This document shows, one piece after another, positions 1 through 10,110 of a stretch of 64,000 nucleotides of DNA. This DNA comes from Candidatus Saccharimonadota bacterium. GTDB lineage: Bacteria; Patescibacteriota; Saccharimonadia; Saccharimonadales; SLHW01. The notes under the pieces were generated by a model. It was given only the letters and a program-made list of their open reading frames with translations. It did not search any database and was not told where the DNA came from. The stretch lies in contig JBJHDA010000001.1 of NCBI GenBank assembly GCA_050486305.1, forward strand, positions 371,071 to 435,070, written 5' to 3'. The stretch's first letter is position 1; each line of letters opens with the position of its first letter. The position numbers and the translations under genes were made by a program.

Positions 1-32
1 CCTGACTTTGTAAATACGGCTGGAGCTTTCAT
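1..32 (-). CDS. rplD: 50S ribosomal protein L4 (uL4), first 10 codons only; gene continues beyond window start
   Basis: ATG at 32..30, one nt after the rplC stop (36..34); reads MKAPAVFTKS; expected S10-operon order rplC-rplD. Too short for similarity-based certainty. Confidence 0.5.
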   Translation of the reverse strand, partial: MKAPAVFTKS

Positions 33-33
33 G

Positions 34-648
34 CTACACTGCCTCCTTCAAGAGAACGATGCTCTTTCGCGGCCCAGGTACTGCACCAGTCACACCAATA
101 ACATTCAGCTCTGGGTCAACTAGCGCAACTTTTAGGTTTTTAACAGTAACCTGTTCGTTTCCAAGCTGACCAGCCATTTTTTTGCCCTTAAAGATTTTTT
201 GTGGATACATCGAACCAATTGATCCGACACGCCTAGTTGCGCCTTTTGCGCCATGAGTTTTGCGTTGACGATGAAAATTGTGCCGCTTAATCGTACCAGC
301 CCAGCCTTTACCTTTGCTCGTGCCTGTAACGGTAACGGTATCACCAACTGAAAAGACCTCAGGCGATATTTTGCTACCAACCGTGAGGTCCTCAGGTGTT
401 TCGTTCACACGAAATTCACGAATAATCTTCGCGTCAATCTTAGCGGCTTTTAGGTGGCCTGTTTGTGGCTTTGACAATTGCTTCGCTTCAGCAGTTCCTA
501 CTTGCACAGCCATATAGCCATCCGATTCGTTGGTTTTTATTTGTGTAACAACACAAGGGCTAGCGGAAAGCAAAGTAATAGCGGTAGCTGTACCATCTTC
601 GGAGATGATACTTGTCATACCGACCTTTCTTGTAATTAAAGCTTTCAT
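34..648 (-). CDS. rplC: 50S ribosomal protein L3 (uL3)
   Basis: ORF 34..684 trimmed to ATG 648 (MKALITRKVGMTSII, typical uL3 N-terminus; GAGGGA upstream). Conserved core GKGWAGTIKRHNF, KMAGQLG. Confidence 0.95.
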   Translation of the reverse strand: MKALITRKVGMTSIISEDGTATAITLLSASPCVVTQIKTNESDGYMAVQVGTAEAKQLSKPQTGHLKAAKIDAKIIREFRVNETPEDLTVGSKISPEVFSVGDTVTVTGTSKGKGWAGTIKRHNFHRQRKTHGAKGATRRVGSIGSMYPQKIFKGKKMAGQLGNEQVTVKNLKVALVDPELNVIGVTGAVPGPRKSIVLLKEAV

Positions 649-805
649 AGTATATGAATTCCCTCTGTTATACCCCTGTAACAAATACTCGTGTTTCAGA
701 GCATTAAAATTCTTGGTGGTTTGCCGGTTTCTATCCGTCGCTTTGAGTGAATAGACCTCGCAAACGAACCAAGTTGCCCTGAGGGGTTTATTGATATACC
801 AAGAT

Positions 806-835
806 AGATTAGCAGAAATATGCCCTATCTGTCAA
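806..835 (-). promoter_or_regulatory. candidate sigma70-type promoter inside the rpsJ-rplC spacer
   Basis: Gene-strand TTGACA (835..830), 18 nt, TAATCT (811..806); about 150 nt upstream of the rplC ATG. Confidence 0.35.
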
Positions 836-889
836 TACGTTGCAAAAAATACAAACGATACCCGAAGAGTTTTATAGTTAATTTTCTGC

Positions 890-1258
890 TTACATCTTGA
901 TTTCAGCATCACAGCCTGCTGGTAACGAAAGGTTCATCAGGCTGTCAATTGTCTTTGCTGAAGGATCGTACACGTCAATCAGTCGTTTGTGTGTGCGCAT
1001 CTCAAATTGTTCACGACTTTTCTTGTAAACAAACGGGCTCTTGACTACGGTATATTTCGTTGTTCTTGTCGGCAGCGGAATAGGTCCTGCGATCTTAGCT
1101 CCGGTCCTTATCGCAGTATCAACTATCTGCTTTGTCGACTGATCAATCACCTTGTGATCATACGCCTTTAAACGGATTCGAATCCGCTGCTTGCTTCCCG
1201 AAGATGGCTCCGCTGGTTTTACCGGCTTTGAAGCTTTCGGTTTTTTTTGTTCTGCCAT
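890..1258 (-). CDS. rpsJ: 30S ribosomal protein S10 (uS10) with Lys/Pro-rich N-terminal extension
   Basis: Core [17 protein letters not shown]...[36 protein letters not shown]; AAGGAG upstream of the ATG. Confidence 0.95.
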   Translation of the reverse strand: MAEQKKPKASKPVKPAEPSSGSKQRIRIRLKAYDHKVIDQSTKQIVDTAIRTGAKIAGPIPLPTRTTKYTVVKSPFVYKKSREQFEMRTHKRLIDVYDPSAKTIDSLMNLSLPAGCDAEIKM

Positions 1259-1302
1259 ACTTTACTTACTCCTTTATAAAAATTTTTATAATATTGTCGT
1301 GT

Positions 1303-1330
1303 TATATAATTTGTCACGCCAAATTATATA
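1303..1330. repeat. perfect 11-bp AT-rich inverted repeat (TATATAATTTG-N6-CAAATTATATA) in the rpsJ upstream region
   Basis: Read directly: 1303..1313 is the exact reverse complement of 1320..1330; 45-72 nt upstream of the rpsJ ATG. Confidence 0.8.
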
Positions 1331-1529
1331 GCGTTAACAAAATATTTCGTGTAATGTAACATCTCTTTGCAGCTATATGAGAACTTACAAAGCGACTTTT
1401 AGTCATTACTTCAATAACGAGTAGGATTATACTGCATTTTACGTTGAATGAAAAGGCGGTTATCTCTTTTCACTTAGTGAATAGGGTGGTGGATGGCGTA
1501 CCTTGCGCTGTATGCCTACACTACATATC

Positions 1530-1567
1530 AAAAAAAAGAAGCTCCAGTTTAACCTGGAGCTTCTTTT
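1530..1567 (-). terminator. rho-independent terminator downstream of tuf
   Basis: GC-rich stem GAAGCTCCAG/CTGGAGCTTC (1538..1547 / 1554..1563), 6-nt loop, followed on the gene strand by a run of 8 T; starts 25 nt after the tuf stop. Confidence 0.85.
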
Positions 1568-1591
1568 CGCTTGATGAAAATTACTGATGTT

Positions 1592-2773
1592 TTATTTTGT
1601 AATCTTCGTTACTACGCCGGCGCCAACCGTTTTACCACCCTCACGAATAGCAAAACGTAGTCCTTGGTCCATAGCGATAGGTGCAAGGAGCTTTACCTTA
1701 AATGTAACGGTGTCTCCTGGCATGACCATCTCTTTGTCAGCAGGTAGCTCAACCTCACCTGTTACATCAGTTGTGCGGAAGTAGAACTGTGGCTTGTAGC
1801 CCTTAAAGAAAGGTGTGTGACGACCGCCTTCTTCTTTCTTTAGGATGTATACCTCTGATTCGAATTCAGTGTGTGGCGTAATGCTGCCTGGCTTACAGAG
1901 GACTTGACCACGTTCAATGTCATCACGTTCGATACCTCGAAGCAGCACTCCGACATTATCACCAGCCTGACCCTGGTCAAGGCTCTTTTTGAACATTTCA
2001 ACACCGGTTACGACGGTCTTTTTCGTGTCACGAATTCCAACGATTTCGATTTCTTCGTTAACTTTTACGACACCAGTTTCTACACGACCTGTCGCTACCG
2101 TACCTCGACCCTTGATTGAGAATACATCTTCAACAGGCATCAAGAAATCTTTGTCGAGCTCACGCTTCGGCTCAGGGATATAGTCATCCATTGCCTTTAC
2201 AAGCTCCATAATTGCGTCTTCGTTTTCTGCGTCGCCTTCAAGAGCCTTTGTGGCAGAGCCCTTAACGATCGGGCAATTCTCATCGTACTCATACTTTGCT
2301 AGTAGTTCACGAATATCCATCTCGACAAGCTCGACAAGCTCAGGATCAGCAAGGTCCATCTTGTTCATGAAAACAACTATCTTTGGAACACCTACTTGGC
2401 GCGCCAATAGAACGTGCTCTCTTGTTTGTGGCATCGGACCATCAGCCGCAGATACAACAAGTACAGCGCCGTCAATCTGTGCAGCACCAGTAATCATGTT
2501 CTTGACGTAGTCAGCGTGACCAGGCATGTCAACGTGGGCATAGTGCCGCTTCTCTGATTCATACTCTTGGTGAGACGTAGCAATGGTAATACCACGCGCC
2601 TTCTCTTCGGGTGCATTATCGATCTTGTCATACTCAATCGGTTGGTTAACATCACTAGGTAGCTTCTTTGAAAGTACTGTCGTGATTGCTGCAGTCAGCG
2701 TAGTCTTACCGTGGTCAACATGACCCATTGTTCCTACGTTAATATGCGGCTTGCTTCTGTCAAAATCTGCCAT
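1592..2773 (-). CDS. tuf: elongation factor Tu
   Basis: 393 aa; [23 protein letters not shown]-domain motifs; AAGGAG upstream. Confidence 0.98.
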   Translation of the reverse strand: MADFDRSKPHINVGTMGHVDHGKTTLTAAITTVLSKKLPSDVNQPIEYDKIDNAPEEKARGITIATSHQEYESEKRHYAHVDMPGHADYVKNMITGAAQIDGAVLVVSAADGPMPQTREHVLLARQVGVPKIVVFMNKMDLADPELVELVEMDIRELLAKYEYDENCPIVKGSATKALEGDAENEDAIMELVKAMDDYIPEPKRELDKDFLMPVEDVFSIKGRGTVATGRVETGVVKVNEEIEIVGIRDTKKTVVTGVEMFKKSLDQGQAGDNVGVLLRGIERDDIERGQVLCKPGSITPHTEFESEVYILKKEEGGRHTPFFKGYKPQFYFRTTDVTGEVELPADKEMVMPGDTVTFKVKLLAPIAMDQGLRFAIREGGKTVGAGVVTKITK

Positions 2774-2844
2774 TGTTGTAACGACTCCTTATTTCATTAT
2801 TATTTTGCATGAACAATACAATCGCTCACACGAGTTACCAGAGA

Positions 2845-2873
2845 ATCATACCTAAATTCACTTGTGTTGTAAA
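2845..2873 (-). promoter_or_regulatory. candidate promoter for tuf
   Basis: Gene-strand TTTACA (2873..2868), 17 nt, TATGAT (2850..2845) in the fusA-tuf spacer. Confidence 0.45.
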
Positions 2874-2906
2874 GAGTTTTTCTTGGTTTTCAGTTAAGAG
2901 CTTCCT

Positions 2907-4994
2907 TTAAGAGCCGGCTTTGGCTACGATAGCTTCAGCGACGTTTCCTGGAACGTCCGCGTAGTGATCAAGCTCCATGCTTGAGCTTGCACGGCCTTGA
3001 GTCATGCTCCGAAGGTTAGTTGTATAGCCGAACATTTCTCCTAGCGGGACAAAACCGGTGATTTCTTTTATGCCGGGCTGCAAATCTTCCATAGATTCAA
3101 TACGTCCGCGCTTACTGTTTAGGTCACCGATCACGTCGCCCATAAATTCTTCGGGCGTAACGACAACAACTTTCATTACTGGCTCAAGTAGCGTTGGTTT
3201 TGCATTTTTCATCGCTTCCTTAAACCCGATGGATCCTGCAGCTTTGAAAGCCATCTCACTACTGTCCACGTCGTGATAACTTCCATCATATAGCTCTACT
3301 TTCACGTCAACAACCGGATACCCAGCCACAACGCCGTTGCTCATTGCTTCTTTAACGCCTTCTTGGACTGGCTTGATATATTCCTGAGGTACCACACCTC
3401 CTTTAATCGAGTCGATAAACTCAAATCCAGCTCCTTGCTCGTTTTGAGAAACTCGTAACCATACATCACCGTACTGTCCTCGTCCACCTGATTGACGAAT
3501 AAACTTCCCTTGTGCTTCAACATCATCTTTCCGAATTGTTTCACGGTAAGCGACTTGAGGTGCACCAATGTTTGCCTCAACGTTGAATTCACGCTTCATT
3601 CGGTCGACAAGTATCTCAAGATGAAGCTCTCCCATGCCACTGATGATTGTCTGTCCGGTCTCATCGTCTACGGCCACACGGAAGGTTGGGTCCTCTTCAG
3701 CTAAACGCTGAAGTGCGATAGACATTTTCTCTTGATCAGCTTTGGTTTTTGGTTCAATCGCAATCGACACAGGTGGCTCAGGAAATGTGATGCTTTCTAG
3801 GATAATCTGATCGCTTTGGTCGCACAATGTATCACCAGTAGTGGTGCCTTTTAGGCCAACAATCGCTGCAATATCACCAGCGAACACCTCATCGACATCT
3901 TCGCGCTTATCGGCTTGCATACGTACAATTCGTCCAACCCGCTCTTTCTGTCCGGTAGTGCTATTCATAACGTATGAGCCTGACTTAATCTTTCCGGAAT
4001 AAACGCGGAAGTAGGCTAACTTACCAACGAATGTATCCGTCGCAATTTTAAAAGCAAGTGCTGAAAACGGCTCGGATTCTGCTGGTTTACGTTCTAGCTT
4101 ATCGCCTGTCTTAGGGTGGGTTCCCCATGTAGAACCCCGGTCAGCTGGGCTAGGTAGGTAGTTGTTTACCATATCAAGGAGCTTTTCAACAATCACGCCA
4201 CGAGCGTCTCCACCGGTCACGATAAAGAAATCGCCGGCAAGCACAGCGTTTCTAACCGCATGCTTTATTTCTTCAGTCGTTAGTCCTTCTTCACCGACCT
4301 CAAGATATTTCTCTAACATCTCCTCATCTTCTGCTACTGCATTTTCGATGAGCAAGCTTCGATACTTCTTTGCTTTGTCGAGCATGTCCTCTGGAACATC
4401 TCCAACCTTCAGCTCTTTATCGGTAAATTCATCATAGGTGTATGACTTCATGTCTATTAAGTCAACAACCCCGTTAATACTTTGCTCAAATCCGATTGGA
4501 AGATGTATAGGAAACGCTCGCTTACTTAGTCTTCGGTGTATCGATTCGAGTGACATATAAAAGTCACCACCAGTTTGGTTAATCTTATTAATAAGACATA
4601 TGCGCGGTACGTTATATTTGTCAGCTTGGCGCCATACTGTCTCTGATTGAGACTCAACACCCATTTTTCCGTCGAATACGACAACTGCGCCATCAAGAAC
4701 ACGCAAAGAACGTTCAACCTCTACAGTAAAGTCGATGTGCCCAGGAGTATCGATGATGTTTATTTGGTGATCCTTCCAGTAGCAAGACACTGCCGCCGAC
4801 ACGATAGTTATACCGCGCTCACGCTCTTGCTCCATCCAGTCAGTAGTCGTTCCGCCTTCGTGCACTGCGCCAATTTTGTGCTTTATACCTGTCCGATATA
4901 AGATACCTTCTGTAGTTGTCGTTTTGCCTGCATCAATATGGGCGATAATCCCAATATTTCTAATTTTTCCTTGGTCGTATTTTTTCTGTGCCAT
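2907..4994 (-). CDS. fusA: elongation factor G
   Basis: 695 aa; [24 protein letters not shown]; full five-domain length; AGGAG directly upstream. Confidence 0.98.
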   Translation of the reverse strand: MAQKKYDQGKIRNIGIIAHIDAGKTTTTEGILYRTGIKHKIGAVHEGGTTTDWMEQERERGITIVSAAVSCYWKDHQINIIDTPGHIDFTVEVERSLRVLDGAVVVFDGKMGVESQSETVWRQADKYNVPRICLINKINQTGGDFYMSLESIHRRLSKRAFPIHLPIGFEQSINGVVDLIDMKSYTYDEFTDKELKVGDVPEDMLDKAKKYRSLLIENAVAEDEEMLEKYLEVGEEGLTTEEIKHAVRNAVLAGDFFIVTGGDARGVIVEKLLDMVNNYLPSPADRGSTWGTHPKTGDKLERKPAESEPFSALAFKIATDTFVGKLAYFRVYSGKIKSGSYVMNSTTGQKERVGRIVRMQADKREDVDEVFAGDIAAIVGLKGTTTGDTLCDQSDQIILESITFPEPPVSIAIEPKTKADQEKMSIALQRLAEEDPTFRVAVDDETGQTIISGMGELHLEILVDRMKREFNVEANIGAPQVAYRETIRKDDVEAQGKFIRQSGGRGQYGDVWLRVSQNEQGAGFEFIDSIKGGVVPQEYIKPVQEGVKEAMSNGVVAGYPVVDVKVELYDGSYHDVDSSEMAFKAAGSIGFKEAMKNAKPTLLEPVMKVVVVTPEEFMGDVIGDLNSKRGRIESMEDLQPGIKEITGFVPLGEMFGYTTNLRSMTQGRASSSMELDHYADVPGNVAEAIVAKAGS

Positions 4995-5004
4995 TATCTC
5001 TCCT

Positions 5005-5256
5005 CTAAACAGCTGTTCTTATAATTTCTGGGTTCATGCAGGTAATTACTACCTCTTGGTAATTGAGCTCAACATCAGGACCGTCACAGTCAGCAAAATC
5101 TATATCTCCAGCATGCTCGGAAAGTGCGTCAGCTACTTCCTGCTCGCTAATCTCATCCGGGCTGATTACAGCGTCTTCAATTAGTCCGACTAGCCAAGGA
5201 CACCTAACGCAGCGTTCAGGAAAATGTTCTTGAGCTGGATAAAGAATTTCCGACAC
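5005..5256 (-). CDS. hypothetical small acidic protein (83 aa, 4 Cys incl. CVRC) inserted between rpsG and fusA
   Basis: GTG start 2 nt after the rpsG stop, with GAGGT 7 nt upstream; its stop is followed directly by the fusA SD. No family recognised. Confidence 0.6.
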   Translation of the reverse strand: MSEILYPAQEHFPERCVRCPWLVGLIEDAVISPDEISEQEVADALSEHAGDIDFADCDGPDVELNYQEVVITCMNPEIIRTAV

Positions 5257-5258
5257 GG

Positions 5259-5738
5259 CTAGTACCTCGCAAAGTGAGCAAAGGCACGATTGGCTTCAGC
5301 CATCTTGTGCGTGTCTTCTTTCTTCTTAACGGCAATCCCTGTGTTGTTATAGGCGTCAACTAATTCAAGCGCAATACGATCTTCCATGCTCATTCCTTTG
5401 CGCGAGCGGGCAGCGGAGACAAACCACATTACCGTCAAGTGATTCTGGCGCTGGCCTTTTACCTCGAAAGGAATTTGATAGTTAGCGCCACCGACCCTGC
5501 GAGACCGTGTCTCGACCTGCGGGCGCACGTTTGCAAATGCTTGCTCAAATACTTCAAGAGGGTTCTTAATCTTTAATTTATCTGCTGCCTTTTGCATACC
5601 GCCGTACACAAGTTTTTCAGCAATTTGCTTTTTACCGTTCTTCATCACCCGGTTAATGAGTTTCTGAACCATGACATCGTTATAGATTCGATCTGGTCGT
5701 ACCGGACGTATAAGTGATTTGGTTACTTTCCTGGGCAT
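5259..5738 (-). CDS. rpsG: 30S ribosomal protein S7 (uS7)
   Basis: ORF 5259..5843 trimmed to ATG 5738 (MPRKVTKSLIRPVRPD), 4 nt after the rpsL stop; the longer form would overlap rpsL. Confidence 0.95.
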   Translation of the reverse strand: MPRKVTKSLIRPVRPDRIYNDVMVQKLINRVMKNGKKQIAEKLVYGGMQKAADKLKIKNPLEVFEQAFANVRPQVETRSRRVGGANYQIPFEVKGQRQNHLTVMWFVSAARSRKGMSMEDRIALELVDAYNNTGIAVKKKEDTHKMAEANRAFAHFARY

Positions 5739-5742
5739 ACTG

Positions 5743-6156
5743 CTACTTGCCCTCCTTCTTGGTTCCGTACTTCGAGCGGCCCTGCTTGCGGTCCTGAACG
5801 CCCTGAAGATCAAGCGCACCACGCACAATGTGATAGCGAACACCAGGAAGGTCCTTTACGCGACCGCCACGAATGAGTACCACAGCATGCTCTTGCAGAT
5901 TGTGACCCTCGCCACCGATATATGCCCACACCTCGTAGCCGTTGCCCAGCCGCACACGCGCAACTTTACGTAAGGCTGAGTTCGGTTTCTTCGGTGTTTT
6001 TGTTGTTACCTTAACACAAACTCCTCGCTTAAGTGGAGCAGGTTTTTCATAGTTCGTAGTATTTAGCGTATTAACAACACGATGCAGCGCCGGAGACTTG
6101 CTCTTTTTCGTCGTCTTTGCACGCGGCTTTCGTATTAACTGATTGATTGTTGGCAT
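5743..6156 (-). CDS. rpsL: 30S ribosomal protein S12 (uS12)
   Basis: [12 protein letters not shown]..., [22 protein letters not shown]; GGAG upstream. Confidence 0.98.
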   Translation of the reverse strand: MPTINQLIRKPRAKTTKKSKSPALHRVVNTLNTTNYEKPAPLKRGVCVKVTTKTPKKPNSALRKVARVRLGNGYEVWAYIGGEGHNLQEHAVVLIRGGRVKDLPGVRYHIVRGALDLQGVQDRKQGRSKYGTKKEGK

Positions 6157-6293
6157 TGAGTATATTCTCCTATTAATTTATGTGTACTATTTACTGCAGT
6201 AGAGTCGCACTTGTTGCAGCTGCCAACCCTGACAAGTGCACACCCCTCTAGCTCGAATAGTACGATAAAGTATTTTCTAACTGCGCTATGGTA

Positions 6294-9200
6294 TCAGCTT
6301 TCTTCCTGATTAGCAAGCGCCTCCGCCTCTCTCTCACGGGCCTTATAGCCGGTGCCTACAGGTATCTTACGGCCAAGGATAACATTTTCCTTCAGTCCAT
6401 ACAGATTGTCTACTTTGCCGCTCGTTGCCGCAGCAATCAAGACTCGGGTTGTATCCTGGAAGCTGGCTGCACTCAGGAATGAATCAGTTGCCAGGCTAGC
6501 CTTGGTAATACCAAGCAGCAGCTGGTTGAAGTTAATGAGCTTCTTATTCTCAGCAGCTAGCTTTTCGTTTGTTTCGACTGCTGCCTGCTTACTGACTATG
6601 TCGCCAGTTATAAACTCGCTGTCTCCAGGGTCTTCAACCTGAACTCGAGAAAACATCTGTCGAACAATCACCTCAAGGTGCTTGTCGGCAATGTTTTGGC
6701 CTTGCCCAGCAAATATTCGAAGCACCTCTTTCATTATGTAGCGTTGTGTTGACTCCACACCCTGTAGCCTCATTAGATCCTGAAGGTTAATTGAACCATT
6801 CGTAAGCCTTTCACCAGCAACGACCTTTTGGCCGTCAGATACAACAATCTGCTTATAGCTAGGAATCTCGTAACGAACAACACCTTTCTGATTTGGTGTG
6901 ATGATCGCTTCTTTATCAGTAAATAGCACAGTTCCTGAAATCTTTGCAATAAGCGGGTTTGCTCCATCTTTATCACTTGCGATGACATCACCCTTTATCA
7001 CTTGGCTCTCTGTAACAACAGCTGGATTTCTTCCGGCAAGCTTCTCTTCCACTTTTTCAGAATCCTCAGCAGTAACCTGAACGATATATTTTTCTTTCTC
7101 TTCCCAGGTCTTAACGGTGCCAGCTATCTCAGTTAAGTATGCTTGGCCTTTCGGCGTACGAACTTCAAAGATCTCCTCAACACGTGGCAAACCAGTAGTG
7201 ATATCTTCACCGGCGACACCGCCAGAGTGGAATGTCTTTAGAGTTAACTGTGTTCCTGGCTCACCGATACTCTGCGCAGCGATTACTCCTACTGGATGAG
7301 CAATTTCGACAAGTCGGCCAGTAGCCGGGTCAATACCATATGATTTTTGTGAAATACCTTTAACAGATGAGCAGCTGAGTGCGCTCATAATCCGAACCCC
7401 ATCAAGCTTTTCATCTGCTTGAATCTTTTCAGCGATTTCTTTTGTAATGAGGTCACCTTTTTGTACATATGCTCCTATTTTTTCAGCAGCATACCTGCCT
7501 TCTAGTCTTGACGCGTATGGGACGCCGATTTCATCCGAATCTGAGCGATACATTTTGAAGCCAGGGTCTTCTGAGTCTTCCTCAGTAATGAATGCATCTT
7601 GACTCACATCAACGAGTCGACGAGTCAGATAACCAGAGTCAGCAGTCTTCAAGGCAGTGTCAATCATACCCTTTCGAGCACCTCGTGTTGCAGTAAACGA
7701 CTCCAGCGGACTGAACCCCTTCTTGTAATTTGATTTAATCGGGAGCTCAATCGTTCGCCCAGAAGCATCAGGAACCAGACCGAACATACCGACAGCAGTA
7801 TTCACCTGTCCAATATTACCTCGTGCTCCAGACACAACGGACACCGACATAGCACTGTCTTCTGAAAGGAATTGCGTAGTAAGCATTCCCTGAACGGTTT
7901 TATCGACCGACTTCCAGTTTTCCAGCGTTAGACGATAACGTTCGTCGTTTGTGATGAAGCCTTCCTCGTATTGCTCACTAATCTTAGCGGCCTTTTCTTC
8001 GCCTGAGGCTATTACATCATCAATGCCCTCGATGTCGCTAAAGTCGCTCATGCCAATTGATAGGCCAGACTTTGTAGCATACTCAAAGCCAATGTCTTTT
8101 AGCTTGTCGGCAATTTTTGCGGTTTCCGCCTGTCCATACATCTCGTATGAAACAGCCATAACAGTAGAAAGCTTCTTTTTGTTCATAGCTTCATTCTGGT
8201 ATGGGAAATCTTCAGGAAAAATCTCATTAAACATGACACGTCCAAGCGTCGTCTCACGTACTTCTCCCCGGAACAATATCCGAATCGGGCTTTGTAGCTG
8301 AATCTTGCCTGTGTCATACGCCATAAGCGCTTCACCCACACTAGAAAAAGGCGTTTTACTAACTTCGGTATTTATGCCAGGGCGATCGTAAGTTAGATAG
8401 TAACAACCTAATACAATGTCTTGCTCAATGTGTAGTATCGGAGAACCATCAGCTGGTTTTAGCAGGTTGCGGTTACTCGCCATAATATCCCGAGCCTCAG
8501 CTTGCGCCTCCTTGGATAGCGGCAAGTGAACCGCCATCTGGTCGCCGTCAAAGTCAGCGTTGAATCCTTTACAAACGAGGGGGTGCAATTGAATAGCCTT
8601 ACCCTCGATCAGCTTAGGCTTAAACGTCTGAATCGATAAACGGTGCAAGCTTGGCGCCCGGTTCAAAAGAACATACTTATCTTTAATGACCTCATCGAGC
8701 GCATCCCACACCTCCACTTCACCTGCGTCAATCATACGAGTTGCAGATCGAATGTTGTGAGCATATTCCTGCTGTATCAATCTACCCATAACGAAGGGCT
8801 TAAAGAGCTCGAGTGCCATCATCTTTGGCAAGCCTGTTTCATCAATTTTAAGTTCAGGACCTGCGACGATAACAGATCGTCCGGAATAGTCGACTCGCTT
8901 ACCTAGCAGATTTTGGCGAAAACGACCCTGCTTACCTTTCAGCTGATCCGATAAGCTTTTTAGGCGACGACGCTGACCGCTAGCTGCTACTGCGCGGCCT
9001 GAACGAGCGCTATTATTATCTATAAGCGCATCAACAGCCTCCTGCAACATACGCATTTCGTTACGGCAAATTACTTCAGGCGCATTGAGGTCGATTAATT
9101 TCTTTAGGCGATTATTACGATTGATTACCCGACGATAAAGGTCGTTTAAGTCGCTCGTTGCGAACCGACCGCCAGTAAGCTGAACCATCGGCCGAAGGTC

Positions 9201-10109
9201 TGGCGGGATGACAGGCAAAACAGTAACGATTGTGCTACTTGGCCGGATCCCGGCTTTATGCATGCTCTCCAGCATTCTCAGACGTTTCATTATTTTCTTT
9301 TTTCGCTGTCCTTTAGCCTCTTCCGATTCGGCAGAAAGCTTTTCGATCAAGGAATCAAGATCAATCTCTTCAAGCATCTCTCGTATCGCACCGCCGCCCA
9401 TTCCGACCGTAATCAACTCCTTAAACTCATCAGGAAGACCACGATAGTCAATCTCAGATATTAGATGGAGTTTCTCAAGCGATGTTAATTGATTCTTTGT
9501 TGCTTCAAAGTTTTCGGTTACTTCATCAATTTCTTTCGTCTGCATCGCAGCCAATGTCTTTACATCAGCGTCTTTTGATTCAGCATCTTTTTCATAGCGT
9601 TTTTTAATCGCCTGTTTAGCTGCTTCAAACTCTGCTTCTTTGTCGGACAATATCTGGTCTCGTTTTTCAGTATCAACTGACTTGATGATGTAGCTTGCAA
9701 AATAGACAACTCTCTCAAGGTTTTTGACTGTCATGCCAAGTAAAAGCCCAATCGCGCTTGGAGTCCCTCGCAAAAACCATATGTGAGCTACCGGGGCCGC
9801 TAAGGCGATGTGCCCCATACGTTCACGGCGAACAATCGATTTTGTGACTATGTCACCGTTCTTATCAACTGCAGCCTCTCTCGAGCGGACGCCTTTGTAC
9901 TTAGCATCATGCGGATTAATGTCTTTAACGGGTCCAAAGATACGCTCGCAGAACAAACCGTCGCGTTCTGGTTTCTGCGTACGATAATTTATCGTCTCCG
10001 GCTTTGTAACCTCACCATGACTCCACTCGATAATGTCTTCTGGACCAGCAACCGCTAATCGCACAGCGTCAAAGTCAGATATATCTGTTCCTGATGTGTA
10101 GCGTCTCAT
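6294..10109 (-). CDS. rpoC: DNA-directed RNA polymerase subunit beta-prime
   Basis: 1271 aa; [12 protein letters not shown] catalytic motif, RRERMGHI, bridge-helix and trigger-loop regions; starts 1 nt after the rpoB stop. Cys ligands of both Zn sites are missing (see findings). Confidence 0.98.
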   Translation of the reverse strand: MRRYTSGTDISDFDAVRLAVAGPEDIIEWSHGEVTKPETINYRTQKPERDGLFCERIFGPVKDINPHDAKYKGVRSREAAVDKNGDIVTKSIVRRERMGHIALAAPVAHIWFLRGTPSAIGLLLGMTVKNLERVVYFASYIIKSVDTEKRDQILSDKEAEFEAAKQAIKKRYEKDAESKDADVKTLAAMQTKEIDEVTENFEATKNQLTSLEKLHLISEIDYRGLPDEFKELITVGMGGGAIREMLEEIDLDSLIEKLSAESEEAKGQRKKKIMKRLRMLESMHKAGIRPSSTIVTVLPVIPPDLRPMVQLTGGRFATSDLNDLYRRVINRNNRLKKLIDLNAPEVICRNEMRMLQEAVDALIDNNSARSGRAVAASGQRRRLKSLSDQLKGKQGRFRQNLLGKRVDYSGRSVIVAGPELKIDETGLPKMMALELFKPFVMGRLIQQEYAHNIRSATRMIDAGEVEVWDALDEVIKDKYVLLNRAPSLHRLSIQTFKPKLIEGKAIQLHPLVCKGFNADFDGDQMAVHLPLSKEAQAEARDIMASNRNLLKPADGSPILHIEQDIVLGCYYLTYDRPGINTEVSKTPFSSVGEALMAYDTGKIQLQSPIRILFRGEVRETTLGRVMFNEIFPEDFPYQNEAMNKKKLSTVMAVSYEMYGQAETAKIADKLKDIGFEYATKSGLSIGMSDFSDIEGIDDVIASGEEKAAKISEQYEEGFITNDERYRLTLENWKSVDKTVQGMLTTQFLSEDSAMSVSVVSGARGNIGQVNTAVGMFGLVPDASGRTIELPIKSNYKKGFSPLESFTATRGARKGMIDTALKTADSGYLTRRLVDVSQDAFITEEDSEDPGFKMYRSDSDEIGVPYASRLEGRYAAEKIGAYVQKGDLITKEIAEKIQADEKLDGVRIMSALSCSSVKGISQKSYGIDPATGRLVEIAHPVGVIAAQSIGEPGTQLTLKTFHSGGVAGEDITTGLPRVEEIFEVRTPKGQAYLTEIAGTVKTWEEKEKYIVQVTAEDSEKVEEKLAGRNPAVVTESQVIKGDVIASDKDGANPLIAKISGTVLFTDKEAIITPNQKGVVRYEIPSYKQIVVSDGQKVVAGERLTNGSINLQDLMRLQGVESTQRYIMKEVLRIFAGQGQNIADKHLEVIVRQMFSRVQVEDPGDSEFITGDIVSKQAAVETNEKLAAENKKLINFNQLLLGITKASLATDSFLSAASFQDTTRVLIAAATSGKVDNLYGLKENVILGRKIPVGTGYKAREREAEALANQEES

Positions 10110-10110
10110 A

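Noticed and set aside
5739-5843. Longer 194-aa form of the rpsG ORF overlapping rpsL
   Set aside because: The canonical S7 N-terminus MPRKV starts at 5738, right after the rpsL stop. The extension is an out-of-frame read-through of the rpsL 3' end.
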